NCBI GenBank assembly: GCA_040954595.2
Contig: CM082591.2
Coordinates: 10,805,309-10,869,308 of the forward strand
Reading direction: 5' to 3'
Length of the DNA stretch: 64,000 nt
DNA from: Balanoglossus misakiensis
Taxonomy: Eukaryota; Animalia; Hemichordata
Part shown: one piece after another, positions 1 through 14,331 of the stretch
How the letters are laid out: each line of letters begins with the position of its first letter
Numbering within the stretch: position 1 is the stretch's first letter
Notes under the pieces: model-generated
Told to the model about the DNA's origin: nothing
Database searches by the model: none
The model's input: only the letters and a program-made list of their open reading frames with translations
Position numbers and translations under genes: made by a program

Positions 1-3000
1 GAAACTTTAGAACTATCCGTCGATCGACAGAGTCTAGTGGAAAACTTTCTTATGCGCATAGGCCTATCTATGTGTTCTGCGCATCACAACAGAATTCGGT
101 AAATAAACGAGGCTGTGTTTGGAAGCAACCATGGAAATTTTAGAACTATCCGTCGATCTACAGAGTCTAGTGGAAAACTTTATTATGTGCATAGGTCTAT
201 CATGTGTTCTGCGCATCACAACATAATTTTTAAAACAATCGAGGCTGTGTTTGGAAGCAACCATGGAAACTTTAGAACTATCCGTCGATCTACAGAGTCT
301 AGTGGAAAACTTTCTTATGCGCATAGGCCTATCATGTTTTCTGCGCATCACAACAGAATTCGGTAAATAAACGAGGGTGTATTTGGAAGCAACCATGGAA
401 ACTTTAGAACTATCCGTCGATCGACAGAGTCTAGTGGAAAACTTTCTTATGCGCATAGACCTATCATGTGTTCTGCGCATCACAACAGAATTTTGTAAAC
501 AAACGAGGCTGTGTTTGGAGGCAACAATGGAAACTTTAGAACTATCCGTCGATCTACAGAGTCTAGTGGAAAACTTTCTAATGCGCATACACCTATCATG
601 TGTTCTGCGCATCACAACAGAATTTTGTAAACAAACGAGGCTGTGTTTGGAAGCAACCATGGAAACTTTAGAACTATCCGTCGTTCTACAGAGTCTAGAG
701 GAAAACTTTCTTATCCTCATAGGGCTATCATGTGTTCTGCGCATCACAACAGAATTTTGTAAACAAACGAGGCTGTGTTTGGAAGCAACCATGGAAACTT
801 TAGAACTATCCGTCGATCTACAGAGTCTAGTGGAAAACTTTCTTATGCGCATAGACCTATCATGTGTTCTGCGCATCACAACAGAATTTTGTAAACAAAC
901 GAGGCTGTGTTTCGAAGCAACCATGGAAACTTTAGAACTATCCGTCGATCTACAGAGTCTAGTGGAAAACTTTCTTATGCTCGTAGGCCTATCATGTGTT
1001 CTGCGCATCACAACAGAATTTTGTAAACAAACGAGGCTGTGTTTGGAAGCAACAATGGAAACTTTAGAACTATCTGTCGATCTACAGAGTCTAGTGGAAA
1101 ACTTTCTTATGCGCATAGACCTATCATGTGTTCTGCGCATCACAACAGAATTTTGTAAACAAACGAGGCTGTGTTTGGAAGCAACCATGGAAACTTTAGA
1201 ACTATCCGTCGATCTACAGAGTCTAGTGGAAAACTCTCTTATGCGCATAGACCTATCATGTGTTCTGCGCATCACAACAGAATTTTGTAAACAAACGAGG
1301 CTGTGTTTGGAAGCAACCATGGAAACTTTAGAACTATCCGTCGATCTACAGAGTCTAGTGGAAAACTTTCTTATGCGCATAGACCTATCATGTGTTCTGC
1401 GCATCACAACAGAATTTTGTAAACAAACGAGGCTGTGTTTGGAAGCAACCATGGAAACTTTAGAACTATCCGTCGATCGACAGAGTCTAGTGGAAAACTT
1501 TCTTATGCGCATAGGCCTATCTATGTGTTCTGCGCATCACAACAGAATTCGGTAAATAAACGAGGCTGTGTTTGGAAGCAACCATGGAAATTTTAGAACT
1601 ATCCGTCGATCTACAGAGTCTAGTGGAAAACTTTATTATGTGCATAGGTCTATCATGTGTTCTGCGCATCACAACATAATTTTGAAAACAATCGAGGCTG
1701 TGTTTGGAAGCAACCATGGAAACTTTAGAACTATCCGTCGATCTACAGAGTCTAGTGGAAAACTTTCTTATGCGCATAGGCCTATCATGTTTTCTGCGCA
1801 TCACAACAGAATTCGGTAAATAAACGAGGGTGTATTTGGAAGCAACCATGGAAACTTTAGAACTATCCGTCGATCGACAGAGTCTAGTGGAAAACTTTCT
1901 TATGCGCATAGACCTATCATGTGTTCTGCGCATCACAACAGAATTTTGTAAACAAACGAGGCTGTGTTTGGAGGCAACAATGGAAACTTTAGAACTATCC
2001 GTCGATCTACAGAGTCTAGTGGAAAACTTTCTAATGCGCATACACCTATCATGTGTTCTGCGCATCACAACAGAATTTTGTAAACAAACGAGGCTGTGTT
2101 TGGAAGCAACCATGGAAACTTTAGAACTATCCGTCGTTCTACAGAGTCTAGAGGAAAACTTTCTTATCCTCATAGGGCTATCATGTGTTCTGCGCATCAC
2201 AACAGAATTTTGTAAACAAACGAGGCTGTGTTTGGAAGCAACCATGGAAACTTTAGAACTATCCGTCGATCTACAGAGTCTAGTGGAAAACTTTCTTATG
2301 CGCATAGACCTATCATGTGTTCTGCGCATCACAACAGAATTTTGTAAACAAACGAGGCTGTGTTTGGAAGCAACCATGGAAACTTTAGAACTATCCGTCG
2401 ATCGACAGAGTCTAGTGGAAAACTTTCTTATGCGCATAGGCCTATCTATGTGTTCTGCGAATCACAACAGAATTCGGTAAATAAACGAGGCTGTGTTTGG
2501 AAGCAACCATGGAAATTTTAGAACTATCCGTCGATCTACAGAGTCTAGAGGAAAACTTTCTTATGCGCATAGACCTATCATGTGTTCTGCGCATCACAAC
2601 AGAATTTTGTAAACAAACGAGGCTGTGTTTGGAAGCAACCATGGAAACTTTAGAACTATCCGTCGATCTACAGAGTCTAGAGGAAAACTTTCTTATGCGC
2701 ATAGACCTATCATGTGTTCTGTGCATCACAACATAATTTTGAAAACAATCGAGGCTGTGTTTGGAAGCAACCATGGAAACTTTAGAACTATCCGTCGATC
2801 TACAGAGTCTAGTGGAAAACTTTCTTATGCGCATAGACCTATCATGTGTTCTGCGCATCACAACACAATTTTGTAAACAAACGAGGCTGTGTTTGGAAGC
2901 AACCATGGAAACTTTAGAACTATCCGTCGATCTACAGAGTCTAGTGGAAAACTTTGTTATGCTCGTAGGCCTATCATGTGTTCTGCGCATCACAACAGAA

Positions 3001-6000
3001 TTTTGAAAACAATCGAGGCTGTGTTTGGAAGCAACCATGGAAACTTTAGAACTATCCGTCGATCTACAGAGTCTAGTGGAAAACTTTCTTATGCGCATAG
3101 ACCTATCATGTGTTCTGCGCATCACAACAGAATTTTGTAAACAAACGAGGCTGTGTTTCGAAGCAACCATGGAAACTTTAGAACTATCCGTCGATCTACT
3201 GAGTCTAGTGGAAAACTTTCTTATGCTCGTAGGCCTATCATGTGTTCTGCGCATCACAACAGAATTTTGTAAACAAACGAGGCTGTGTTTGGAAGCAACA
3301 ATGGAAACTTTAGAACTATCCGTCGATCTACAGAGTCTAGTGGAAAACTTTCTTATGCTCGTAGGCCTATCATGTGTTCTGCGCATCACAACAGAATTTT
3401 GTAAACAAACGAGGCTGTGTTTGGAAGCAACAATGGAAACTTTAGAACTATCTGTCGATCTACAGAGTCTAGTGGAAAACTTTCTTATGCGCATAGACCT
3501 ATCATGTGTTCTGCGCATCACAACAGAATTTTGTAAACAAACGAGGCTGTGTTTGGAAGCAACCATGGAAACTTTAGAACTATCCGTCGATCTACAGAGT
3601 CTAGTGGAAAACTCTCTTATGCGCATAGACCTATCATGTGTTCTGCGCATCACAACAGAATTTTGTAAACAAACGAGGCTGTGTTTGGAAGCAACCATGG
3701 AAACTTTAGAACTATCCGTCGATCTACAGAGTCTAGTGGAAAACTTTCTTATGCGCATAGACCTATCATGTGTTCTGCGCATCACAACAGAATTTTGTAA
3801 ACAAACGAGGCTGTGTTTGGAAGCAACCATGGAAACTTTAGAACTATCCGTCGATCGACAGAGTCTAGTGGAAAACTTTCTTATGCGCATAGGCCTATCT
3901 ATGTGTTCTGCGCATCACAACAGAATTCGGTAAATAAACGAGGCTGTGTTTGGAAGCAACCATGGAAATTTTAGAACTATCCGTCGATCTACAGAGTCTA
4001 GTGGAAAACTTTATTATGTGCATAGGTCTATCATGTGTTCTGCGCATCACAACATAATTTTGAAAACAATCGAGGCTGTGTTTGGAAGCAACCATGGAAA
4101 CTTTAGAACTATCCGTCGATCTACAGAGTCTAGTGGAAAACTTTCTTATGCGCATAGGCCTATCATGTTTTCTGCGCATCACAACAGAATTCGGTAAATA
4201 AACGAGGGTGTATTTGGAAGCAACCATGGAAACTTTAGAACTATCCGTCGATCGACAGAGTCTAGTGGAAAACTTTCTTATGCGCATAGACCTATCATGT
4301 GTTCTGCGCATCACAACAGAATTTTGTAAACAAACGAGGCTGTGTTTGGAGGCAACAATGGAAACTTTAGAACTATCCGTCGATCTACAGAGTCTAGTGG
4401 AAAACTTTCTAATGCGCATACACCTATCATGTGTTCTGCGCATCACAACAGAATTTTGTAAACAAACGAGGCTGTGTTTGGAAGCAACCATGGAAACTTT
4501 AGAACTATCCGTCGTTCTACAGAGTCTAGAGGAAAACTTTCTTATCCTCATAGGGCTATCATGTGTTCTGCGCATCACAACAGAATTTTGTAAACAAACG
4601 AGGCTGTGTTTGGAAGCAACCATGGAAACTTTAGAACTATCCGTCGATCTACAGAGTCTAGTGGAAAACTTTCTTATGCGCATAGACCTATCATGTGTTC
4701 TGCGCATCACAACAGAATTTTGTAAACAAACGAGGCTGTGTTTCGAAGCAAATATGGAAACTTTAGAACTATCCGTCGATCTACAGAGTCTAGTGGAAAA
4801 CTTTCTTATGCTCGTAGGCCTATCATGTGTTCTGCGCATCACAACAGAATTTTGTAAACAAACGAGGCTGTGTTTGGAAGCAACAATGGAAACTTTAGAA
4901 CTATCTGTCGATCTACAGAGTCTAGTGGAAAACTTTCTTATGCGCATAGACCTATCATGTGTTCTGCGCATCACAACAGAATTTTGTAAACAAACGAGGC
5001 TGTGTTTGGAAGCAACCATGGAAACTTTAGAACTATCCGTCGATCTACAGAGTCTAGTGGAAAACTCTCTTATGCGCATAGACCTATCATGTGTTCTGCG
5101 CATCACAACAGAATTTTGTAAACAAACGAGGCTGTGTTTGGAAGCAACCATGGAAACTTTAGAACTATCCGTCGATCTACAGAGTCTAGTGGAAAACTTT
5201 CTTATGCGCATAGACCTATCATGTGTTCTGCGCATCACAACAGAATTTTGTAAACAAACGAGGCTGTGTTTGGAAGCAACCATGGAAACTTTAGAACTAT
5301 CCGTCGATCGACAGAGTCTAGTGGAAAACTTTCTTATGCGCATAGGCCTATCTATGTGTTCTGCGCATCACAACAGAATTCGGTAAATAAACGAGGCTGT
5401 GTTTGGAAGCAACCATGGAAATTTTAGAACTATCCGTCGATCTACAGAGTCTAGTGGAAAACTTTATTATGTGCATAGGTCTATCATGTGTTCTGCGCAT
5501 CACAACATAATTTTGAAAACAATCGAGGCTGTGTTTGGAAGCAACCATGGAAACTTTAGAACTATCCGTCGATCTACAGAGTCTAGTGGAAAACTTTCTT
5601 ATGCGCATAGGCCTATCATGTTTTCTGCGCATCACAACAGAATTCGGTAAATAAACGAGGGTGTATTTGGAAGCAACCATGGAAACTTTAGAACTATCCG
5701 TCGATCGACAGAGTCTAGTGGAAAACTTTCTTATGCGCATAGACCTATCATGTGTTCTGCGCATCACAACAGAATTTTGTAAACAAACGAGGCTGTGTTT
5801 GGAGGCAACAATGGAAACTTTAGAACTATCCGTCGATCTACAGAGTCTAGTGGAAAACTTTCTAATGCGCATACACCTATCATGTGTTCTACGCATCACA
5901 ACATAATTTTGTAAACAAACGAGGCTGTGTTTGGAAGCAACCATGGAAACTTTAGAACTATCCGTCGTTCTACAGAGTCTAGAGGAAAACTTTCTTATCC

Positions 6001-9000
6001 TCATAGGGCTATCATGTGTTCTGCGCATCACAACAGAATTTTGTAAACAAACGAGGCTGTGTTTGGAAGCAACCATGGAAACTTTAGAACTATCCGTCGA
6101 TCTACAGAGTCTAGTGGAAAACTTTCTTATGCGCATAGACCTATCATGTGTTCTGCGCATCACAACAGAATTTTGTAAACAAACGAGGCTGTGTTTGGAA
6201 GCAACCATGGAAACTTTAGAACTATCCGTCGATCTACAGAGTCTAGTGGAAAACTTTCTTATGCGCATAGACCTATCATGTGTTCTGCGCATCACAACAG
6301 AATTTTGTAAACAAACGAGGCTGTGTTTGGAAGCAACAATGGAAACTTTAGAACTATCTGTCGATCTACAGAGTCTAGTGGAAAACTTTCTTATGCGCAT
6401 AGACCTATCATGTGTTCTGCGCATCACAACAGAATTTTGTAAACAAACGAGGCTGTGTTTGGAAGCAACCATGGAAACTTTAGAACTATCCGTCGATCTA
6501 CAGAGTCTAGTGGAAAACTCTCTTATGCGCATAGACCTATCATGTGTTCTGCGCATCACAACAGAATTTTGTAAACAAACGAGGCTGTGTTTGGAAGCAA
6601 CCATGGAAACTTTAGAACTATCCGTCGATCTACAGAGTCTAGTGGAAAACTTTCTTATGCGCATAGACCTATCATGTGTTCTGCGCATCACAACAGAATT
6701 TTGTAAACAAACGAGGCTGTGTTTGGAAGCAACCATGGAAACTTTAGAACTATCCGTCGATCGACAGAGTCTAGTGGAAAACTTTCTTATGCGCATAGGC
6801 CTATCTATGTGTTCTGCGCATCACAACAGAATTCGGTAAATAAACGAGGCTGTGTTTGGAAGCAACCATGGAAATTTTAGAACTATCCGTCGATCTACAG
6901 AGTCTAGTGGAAAACTTTATTATGTGCATAGGTCTATCATGTGTTCTGCGCATCACAACATAATTTTGAAAACAATCGAGGCTGTGTTTGGAAGCAACCA
7001 TGGAAACTTTAGAACTATCCGTCGATCTACAGAGTCTAGTGGAAAACTTTCTTATGCGCATAGGCCTATCATGTTTTCTGCGCATCACAACAGAATTCGG
7101 TAAATAAACGAGGGTGTATTTGGAAGCAACCATGGAAACTTTAGAACTATCCGTCGATCGACAGAGTCTAGTGGAAAACTTTCTTATGCGCATAGACCTA
7201 TCATGTGTTCTGCGCATCACAACAGAATTTTGTAAACAAACGAGGCTGTGTTTGGAGGCAACAATGGAAACTTTAGAACTATCCGTCGATCTACAGAGTC
7301 TAGTGGAAAACTTTCTAATGCGCATACACCTATCATGTGTTCTACGCATCACTACATAATTTTGTAAACAAACGAGGCTGTGTTTGGAAGCAACCATGGA
7401 AACTTTAGAACTATCCGTCGTTCTACAGAGTCTAGAGGAAAACTTTCTTATCCTCATAGGGCTATCATGTGTTCTGCGCATCACAACAGAATTTTGTAAA
7501 CAAACGAGGCTGTGTTTGGAAGCAACCATGGAAACTTTAGAACTATCCGTCGATCTACAGAGTCTAGTGGAAAACTTTCTTATGCGCATAGACCTATCAT
7601 GTGTTCTGCGCATCACAACAGAATTTTGTAAACAAACGAGGCTGTGTTTGGAAGCAACCATGGAAACTTTAGAACTATCCGTCGATCGACAGAGTCTAGT
7701 GGAAAACTTTCTTATGCGCATAGGCCTATCTATGTGTTCTGCGCATCACAACAGAATTCGGTAAATAAACGAGGCTGTGTTTGGAAGCAACCATGGAAAT
7801 TTTAGAACTATCCGTCGATCTACAGAGTCTAGTGGAAAACTTTATTATGTGCATAGGTCTATCATGTGTTCTGCGCATCACAACATAATTTTGAAAACAG
7901 TCGAGGCTGTGTTTGGAAGCAACCATGGAAACTTTAGAACTATCCGTCGATCTACAGAGTCTAGTGGAAAACTTTCTTATGCGCATAGACCTATCATGTG
8001 TTCTGCGCATCACAACAGAATTTTGTAAACAAACGAGGCTGTGTTTCGAAGCAACCATGGAAACTTTAGAACTATCCGTCGATCTACAGAGTCTAGTGGA
8101 AAACTTTCTTATGCTCGTAGGCCTATCATGTGTTCTGCGCATCACAACAGAATTTTGTAAACAAACGAGGCTGTGTTTGGAAGCAACAATGGAAACTTTA
8201 GAACTATCTGTCGATCTACAGAGTCTAGTGGAAAACTTTCTTATGCGCATAGACCTATCATGTGTTCTGCGCATCACAACAGAATTTTGTAAACAAACGA
8301 GGCTGTGTTTGGAAGCAACCATGGAAACTTTAGAACTATCCGTCGATCTACAGTGTCTAGTGGAAAACTCTCTTATGCGCATAGACCTATCATGTGTTCT
8401 GCGCATCACAACAGAATTTTGTAAACAAACGAGGCTGTGTTTGGAAGCAACCATGGAAACTTTAGAACTATCCGTCGATCTACAGAGTCTAGTGGAAAAC
8501 TTTCTTATGCGCATAGACCTATCATGTGTTCTGCGCATCACAACAGAATTTTGTAAACAAACGAGGCTGTGTTTGGAAGCAACCATGGAAACTTTAGAAC
8601 TATCCGTCGATCGACAGAGTCTAGTGGAAAACTTTCTTATGCGCATAGGCCTATCTATGTGTTCTGCGCATCACAACAGAATTCGGTAAATAAACGAGGC
8701 TGTGTTTGGAAGCAACCATGGAAATTTTAGAACTATCCGTCGATCTACAGAGTCTAGTGGAAAACTTTATTATGTGCATAGGTCTATCATGTGTTCTGCG
8801 CATCACAACATAATTTTGAAAACAATCGAGGCAGTGTTTGGAAGCAACCATGGAAACTTTAGAACTATCCGTCGATCTACAGAGTCTAGTGGAAAACTTT
8901 CTTATGCGCATAGGCCTATCATGTTTTCTGCGCATCACAACAGAATTCGGTAAATAAACGAGGGTGTATTTGGAAGCAACCATGGAAACTTTAGAACTAT

Positions 9001-12000
9001 CCGTCGATCGACAGAGTCTAGTGGAAAACTTTCTTATGCGCATAGACCTATCATGTGTTCTGCGCATCACAACAGAATTTTGTAAACAAACGAGGCTGTG
9101 TTTGGAGGCAACAATGGAAACTTTAGAACTATCCGTCGATCTACAGAGTCTAGTGGAAAACTTTCTAATGCGCATACACCTATCATGTGTTCTGCGCATC
9201 ACAACAGAATTTTGTAAACAAACGAGGCTGTGTTTGGAAGCAACCATGGAAACTTTAGAACTATCCGTCGTTCTACAGAGTCTAGAGGAAAACTTTCTTA
9301 TCCTCATAGGGCTATCATGTGTTCTGCGCATCACAACAGAATTTTGTAAACAAACGAGGCTGTGTTTGGAAGCAACCATGGAAACTTTAGAACTATCCGT
9401 CGATCTACAGAGTCTAGTGGAAAACTTTCTTATGCGCATAGACCTATCATGTGTTCTGCGCATCACAACAGAATTTTGTAAACAAACGAGGCTGTGTTTG
9501 GAAGCAACCATGGAAACTTTAGAACTATCCGTCGATCGACAGAGTCTAGTGGAAAACTTTCTTATGCGCATAGGCCTATCTATGTGTTCTGCGCATCACA
9601 ACAGAATTCGGTAAATAAACGAGGCTGTGTTTGGAAGCAACCATGGAAATTTTAGAACTATCCGTCGATCTACAGAGTCTAGTGGAAAACTTTATTATGT
9701 GCATAGGTCTATCATGTGTTCTGCGCATCACAACATAATTTTGAAAACAATCGAGGCTGTGTTTGGAAGCAACCATGGAAACTTTAGAACTATCCGTCGA
9801 TCTACAGAGTCTAGTGGAAAACTTTCTTATGCGCATAGGCCTATCATGTTTTCTGCGCATCACAACAGAATTCGGTAAATAAACGAGGGTGTATTTGGAA
9901 GCAACCATGGAAACTTTAGAACTATCCGTCGATCGACAGAGTCTAGTGGAAAACTTTCTTATGCGCATAGACCTATCATGTGTTCTGCGCATCACAACAG
10001 AATTTTGTAAACAAACGAGGCTGTGTTTGGAAGCAACCATGGAAACTTTAGAACTATCCGTCGATCTACAGAGTCTAGTGGAAAACTTTCTAATGCGCAT
10101 AGACCTATCATGTGTTCTGCGCATCACAACAGAATTATGTAAACAAACGAGGCTGTGTTTGGAAGCAACCATGGAAACTTTAGAACTATCCGTCGTTCTA
10201 CAGAGTCTAGAGGAAAACTTTCTTATCCTCATAGGCCTATCATGTGTTCTGCGCATCACAACAGAATTTTGTAAACAAACGAGGCTGTGTTTGGAAGCAA
10301 CCATGGAAACTTTAGAACTATCCGTCGATCTACAGAGTCTAGTGGAAAACTTTCTTATGCGCATAGACCTATCATGTGTTCTGCGCATCACAACAGAATT
10401 TTGTAAACAAACGAGGCTGTGTTTGGAAGCAACCATGGAAACTTTACAACTATCCGTCGATCTATAGAGTCCAGTGGAAAACTTTCTTATGCGCATAGAC
10501 CTATCATGTGTTCTGCGCATCACAACAGAATTTTGTAAACAAACGAGGCTGTGTTTGGAAGCAACAATGGAAACTTTAGAACTATCCGTCGATCTACAGA
10601 GTCTAGTGGAAAACTTTCTCATGCGCATAGACCTATCATGTGTTCTGCGCATCACAACATAATTTTGAAAACAATCGAGGCTGTGTTTGGAAGCAACCAT
10701 GGAAACTTTAGAACTATCCGTCGATCTACAGAGTCTAGTGGAAAACTTTCTTATGCGCATAGGCCTATCATGTTTTCTGCGCATCACAACAGAATTCGGT
10801 AAATAAACGAGGGTGTATTTGGAAGCAACCATGGAAACTTTAGAACTATCCGTCGATCGACAGAGTCTAGTGGAAAACTTTCTTATGCGCATAGACCTAT
10901 CATGTGTTCTGCGCATCACAACAGAATTTTGTAAACAAACGAGGCTGTGTTTGGAGGCAACAATGGAAACTTTAGAACTATCCGTCGATCTACAGAGTCT
11001 AGTGGAAAACTTTCTAATGCGCATACACCTATCATGTGTTCTGCGCATCACAACAGAATTTTGTAAACAAACGAGGCTGTGTTTGGAAGCAACCATGGAA
11101 ACTTTAGAACTATCCGTCGTTCTACAGAGTCTAGAGGAAAACTTTCTTATCCTCATAGGGCTACCATGTGTTCTGCGCATCACAACAGAATTTTGTAAAC
11201 AAACGAGGCTGTGTTTGGAAGCAACCATGGAAACTTTAGAACTATCCGTCGATCTACAGAGTCTAGTGGAAAACTTTCTTATGCGCATAGACCTATCATG
11301 TGTTCTGCGCATCACAACAGAATTTTGTAAACAAACGAGGCTGTGTTTGGAAGCAACCATGGAAACTTTAGAACTATCCGTCGATCTACAGAGTCTAGTG
11401 GAAAACTTTCTTATGCTCGTAGGCCTATCATGTGTTCTGCGCATCACAACAGAATTTTGTAAACAAACGAGGCTGTGTTTGGAAGCAACAATGGAAACTT
11501 TAGAACTATCTGTCGATCTACAGAGTCTAGTGGAAAACTTTCTTATGCGCATAGACCTATCATGTGTTCTGCGCATCACAACAGAATTTTGTAAACAAAC
11601 GAGGCTGTGTTTGGAAGCAACCATGGAAACTTTAGAACTATCCGTCGATCTACAGAGTCTAGTGGAAAACTCTCTTATGCGCATAGACCTATCATGTGTT
11701 CTGCGCATCACAACAGAATTTTGTAAACAAACGAGGCTGTGTTTGGAAGCAACCATGGAAACTTTAGAACTATCCGTCGATCTACGGAGTCTAGTGGAAA
11801 ACTTTCTTATGCGCATAGACCTATCATGTGTTCTGCGCATCACAACAGAATTTTGTAAACAATCGAGGCTGTGTTTGGAAGCAACCATGGAAACTGTAGA
11901 ACTATCCGTCGATCGACAGAGTCTAGTGGAAAACTTTCTTATGCGCATAGGCCTATCTATGTGTTCTGCGCATCACAACAGAATTCGGTAAATAAACGAG

Positions 12001-14331
12001 GCTGTGTTTGGAAGCAACCATGGAAATTTTAGAACTATCCGTCGATCTACAGAGTCTAGTGGAAAACTTTCTAATGCGCATACACCTATCATGTGTTCTG
12101 CGCATCACAACAGAATTTTGTAAACAAACGAGACTGTGTTTGGAAGCAACCATGGAAACTTTAGAACTATCCGTCGTTCTACAGAGTCTAGAGGAAAACT
12201 TTCTTATCCTCATAGGGCTATCATGTGTTCTGCGCATCACAACAGAATTATGTAAACAAACGAGGCTGTGTTTGGAAGCAACCATGGAAACTTTAGAACT
12301 ATCCGTCGATCTACAGAGTCTAGTGGAAAACTTTCTTATGCGCATAGACCTATCATGTGTTCTGCGCATCACAACAGAATTTTGTAAACAAACGAGGCTG
12401 TGTTTGGAAGCAACCATGGAAACTTTAGAACTATCCGTCGATCGACAGAGTCTAGTGGAAAACTTTCTTATGCGCATAGGCCTATCTATGTGTTCTGCGC
12501 ATCACAACAGAATTCGGTAAATAAACGAGGCTGTGTTTGGAAGCAACCATGGAAATTTTAGAACTATCCGTCGATCTACAGAGTCTAGTGGAAAACTTTA
12601 TTATGTGCATAGGTCTATCATGTGTTCTGCGCATCACAACATAATTTTGAAAACAATCGAGGCTGTGTTTGGAAGCAACCATGGAAACTTTAGAACTATC
12701 CGTCGATCTACAGAGTCTAGTGGAAAACTTTCTTATGCGCATAGACCTATCATGTGTTCTGCGCATCACAACAGAATTTTGTAAACAAACGAGGCTGTGT
12801 TTCGAAGCAACCATGGAAACTTTAGAACTATCCGTCGATCTACAGAGTCTAGTGGAAAACTTTCTTATGCTCGTAGGCCTATCATGTGTTCTGCGCATCA
12901 CAACAGAATTTTGTAAACAAACGAGGCTGTGTTTGGAAGCAACAATGGAAACTTTAGAACTATCTGTCGATCTACAGAGTCTAGTGGAAAACTTTCTTAT
13001 GCGCATAGACCTATCATGTGTTCTGCGCATCACAACAGAATTTTGTAAACAAACGAGGCTGTGTTTGGAAGCAACCATGGAAACTTTAGAACTATCCGTC
13101 GATCTACAGAGTCTAGTGGAAAACTCTCTTATGCGCATAGACCTATCATATGTTCTGCGCATCACAACAGAATTTTGTAAACAAACGAGGCTGTGTTTGG
13201 AAGCAACCATGGAAACTTTAGAACTATCCGTCGATCTACAGAGTCTAGTGGAAAACTTTCTTATGCGCATAGACCTATCATGTGTTCTGCGCATCACAAC
13301 AGAATTTTGTAAACAAACGAGGCTGTGTTTGGAAGCAACCATGGAAACTTTAGAACTATCCGTCGATCGACAGAGTCTAGTGGAATACTTTCTTATGCGC
13401 ATAGGCCTATCTATGTGTTCTGCGCATCACAACAGAATTCGGTAAATAAACGAGGCTGTGTTTGGAAGCAACCATGGAAATTTTAGAACTATCCGTCGAT
13501 CTACAGAGTCTAGTGGAAAACTTTATTATGTGCATAGGTCTATCATGTGTTCTGCGCATCACAACATAATTTTGAAAACAATCGAGGCTGTGTTTGGAAG
13601 CAACCATGGAAACTTTAGAACTATCCGTCGATCTACAGAGTCTAGTGGAAAACTTTCTTATGCGCATAGGCCTATCATGTTTTCTGCGCATCACAACAGA
13701 ATTCGGTAAATAAACGAGGGTGTATTTGGAAGCAACCATGGAAACTTTACAACTATCCGTCGATCGACAGAGTCTAGTGGAAAACTTTCTTATGCGCATA
13801 GACCTATCATGTGTTCTGCGCATCACAACAGAATTTTGTAAACAAACGAGGCTGTGTTTGGAGGCAACAATGGAAACTTTAGAACTATCCGTCGATCTAC
13901 AGAGTCTAGTGGAAAACTTTCTAATGCGCATACACCTATCATGTGTTCTGCGCATCACAACAGAATTTTGTAAACAAACGAGGCTGTGTTTGGAAGCAAC
14001 CATGGAAACTTTAGAACTATCCGTCGTTCTACAGAGTCTAGAGGAAAACTTTCTTATCCTCATAGGGCTATCATGTGTTCTGCGCATCACAACAGAATTT
14101 TGTAAACAAACGAGGCTGTGTTTGGAAGCAACCATGGAAACTTTAGAACTATCCGTCGATCTACAGAGTCTAGTGGAAAACTTTCTTATGCGCATAGACC
14201 TATCATGTGTTCTGCGCATCACAACAGAATTTTGTAAACAAACGAGGCTGTGTTTGGAAGCAACCATGGAAACTTTAGAACTATCCGTCGATCGACAGAG
14301 TCTAGTGGAAAACTTTCTTATGCGCATAGGC

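Noticed and set aside
1-132. Tandem 5S rRNA, tRNA, snRNA or spliced-leader gene array
   Set aside because: No recognisable 5S or tRNA sequence, A/B/C boxes or cloverleaf, and no gene-plus-spacer organisation. An Rfam/Infernal search would be the formal test.
1-132. 10-bp phased A-tracts implying intrinsic curvature
   Set aside because: The A/T tracts (positions ~2-8, 41-48, 92-107, 117-119) are not convincingly in regular 10-bp phase by eye.
910-926. CENP-B box-like motif in the variant TTTCGAAGCAACCATGG
   Set aside because: It matches only 7 of the 9 core positions of NTTCGNNNNANNCGGGN (CATG instead of CGGG), and only in a minority variant. The consensus matches 6 of 9.
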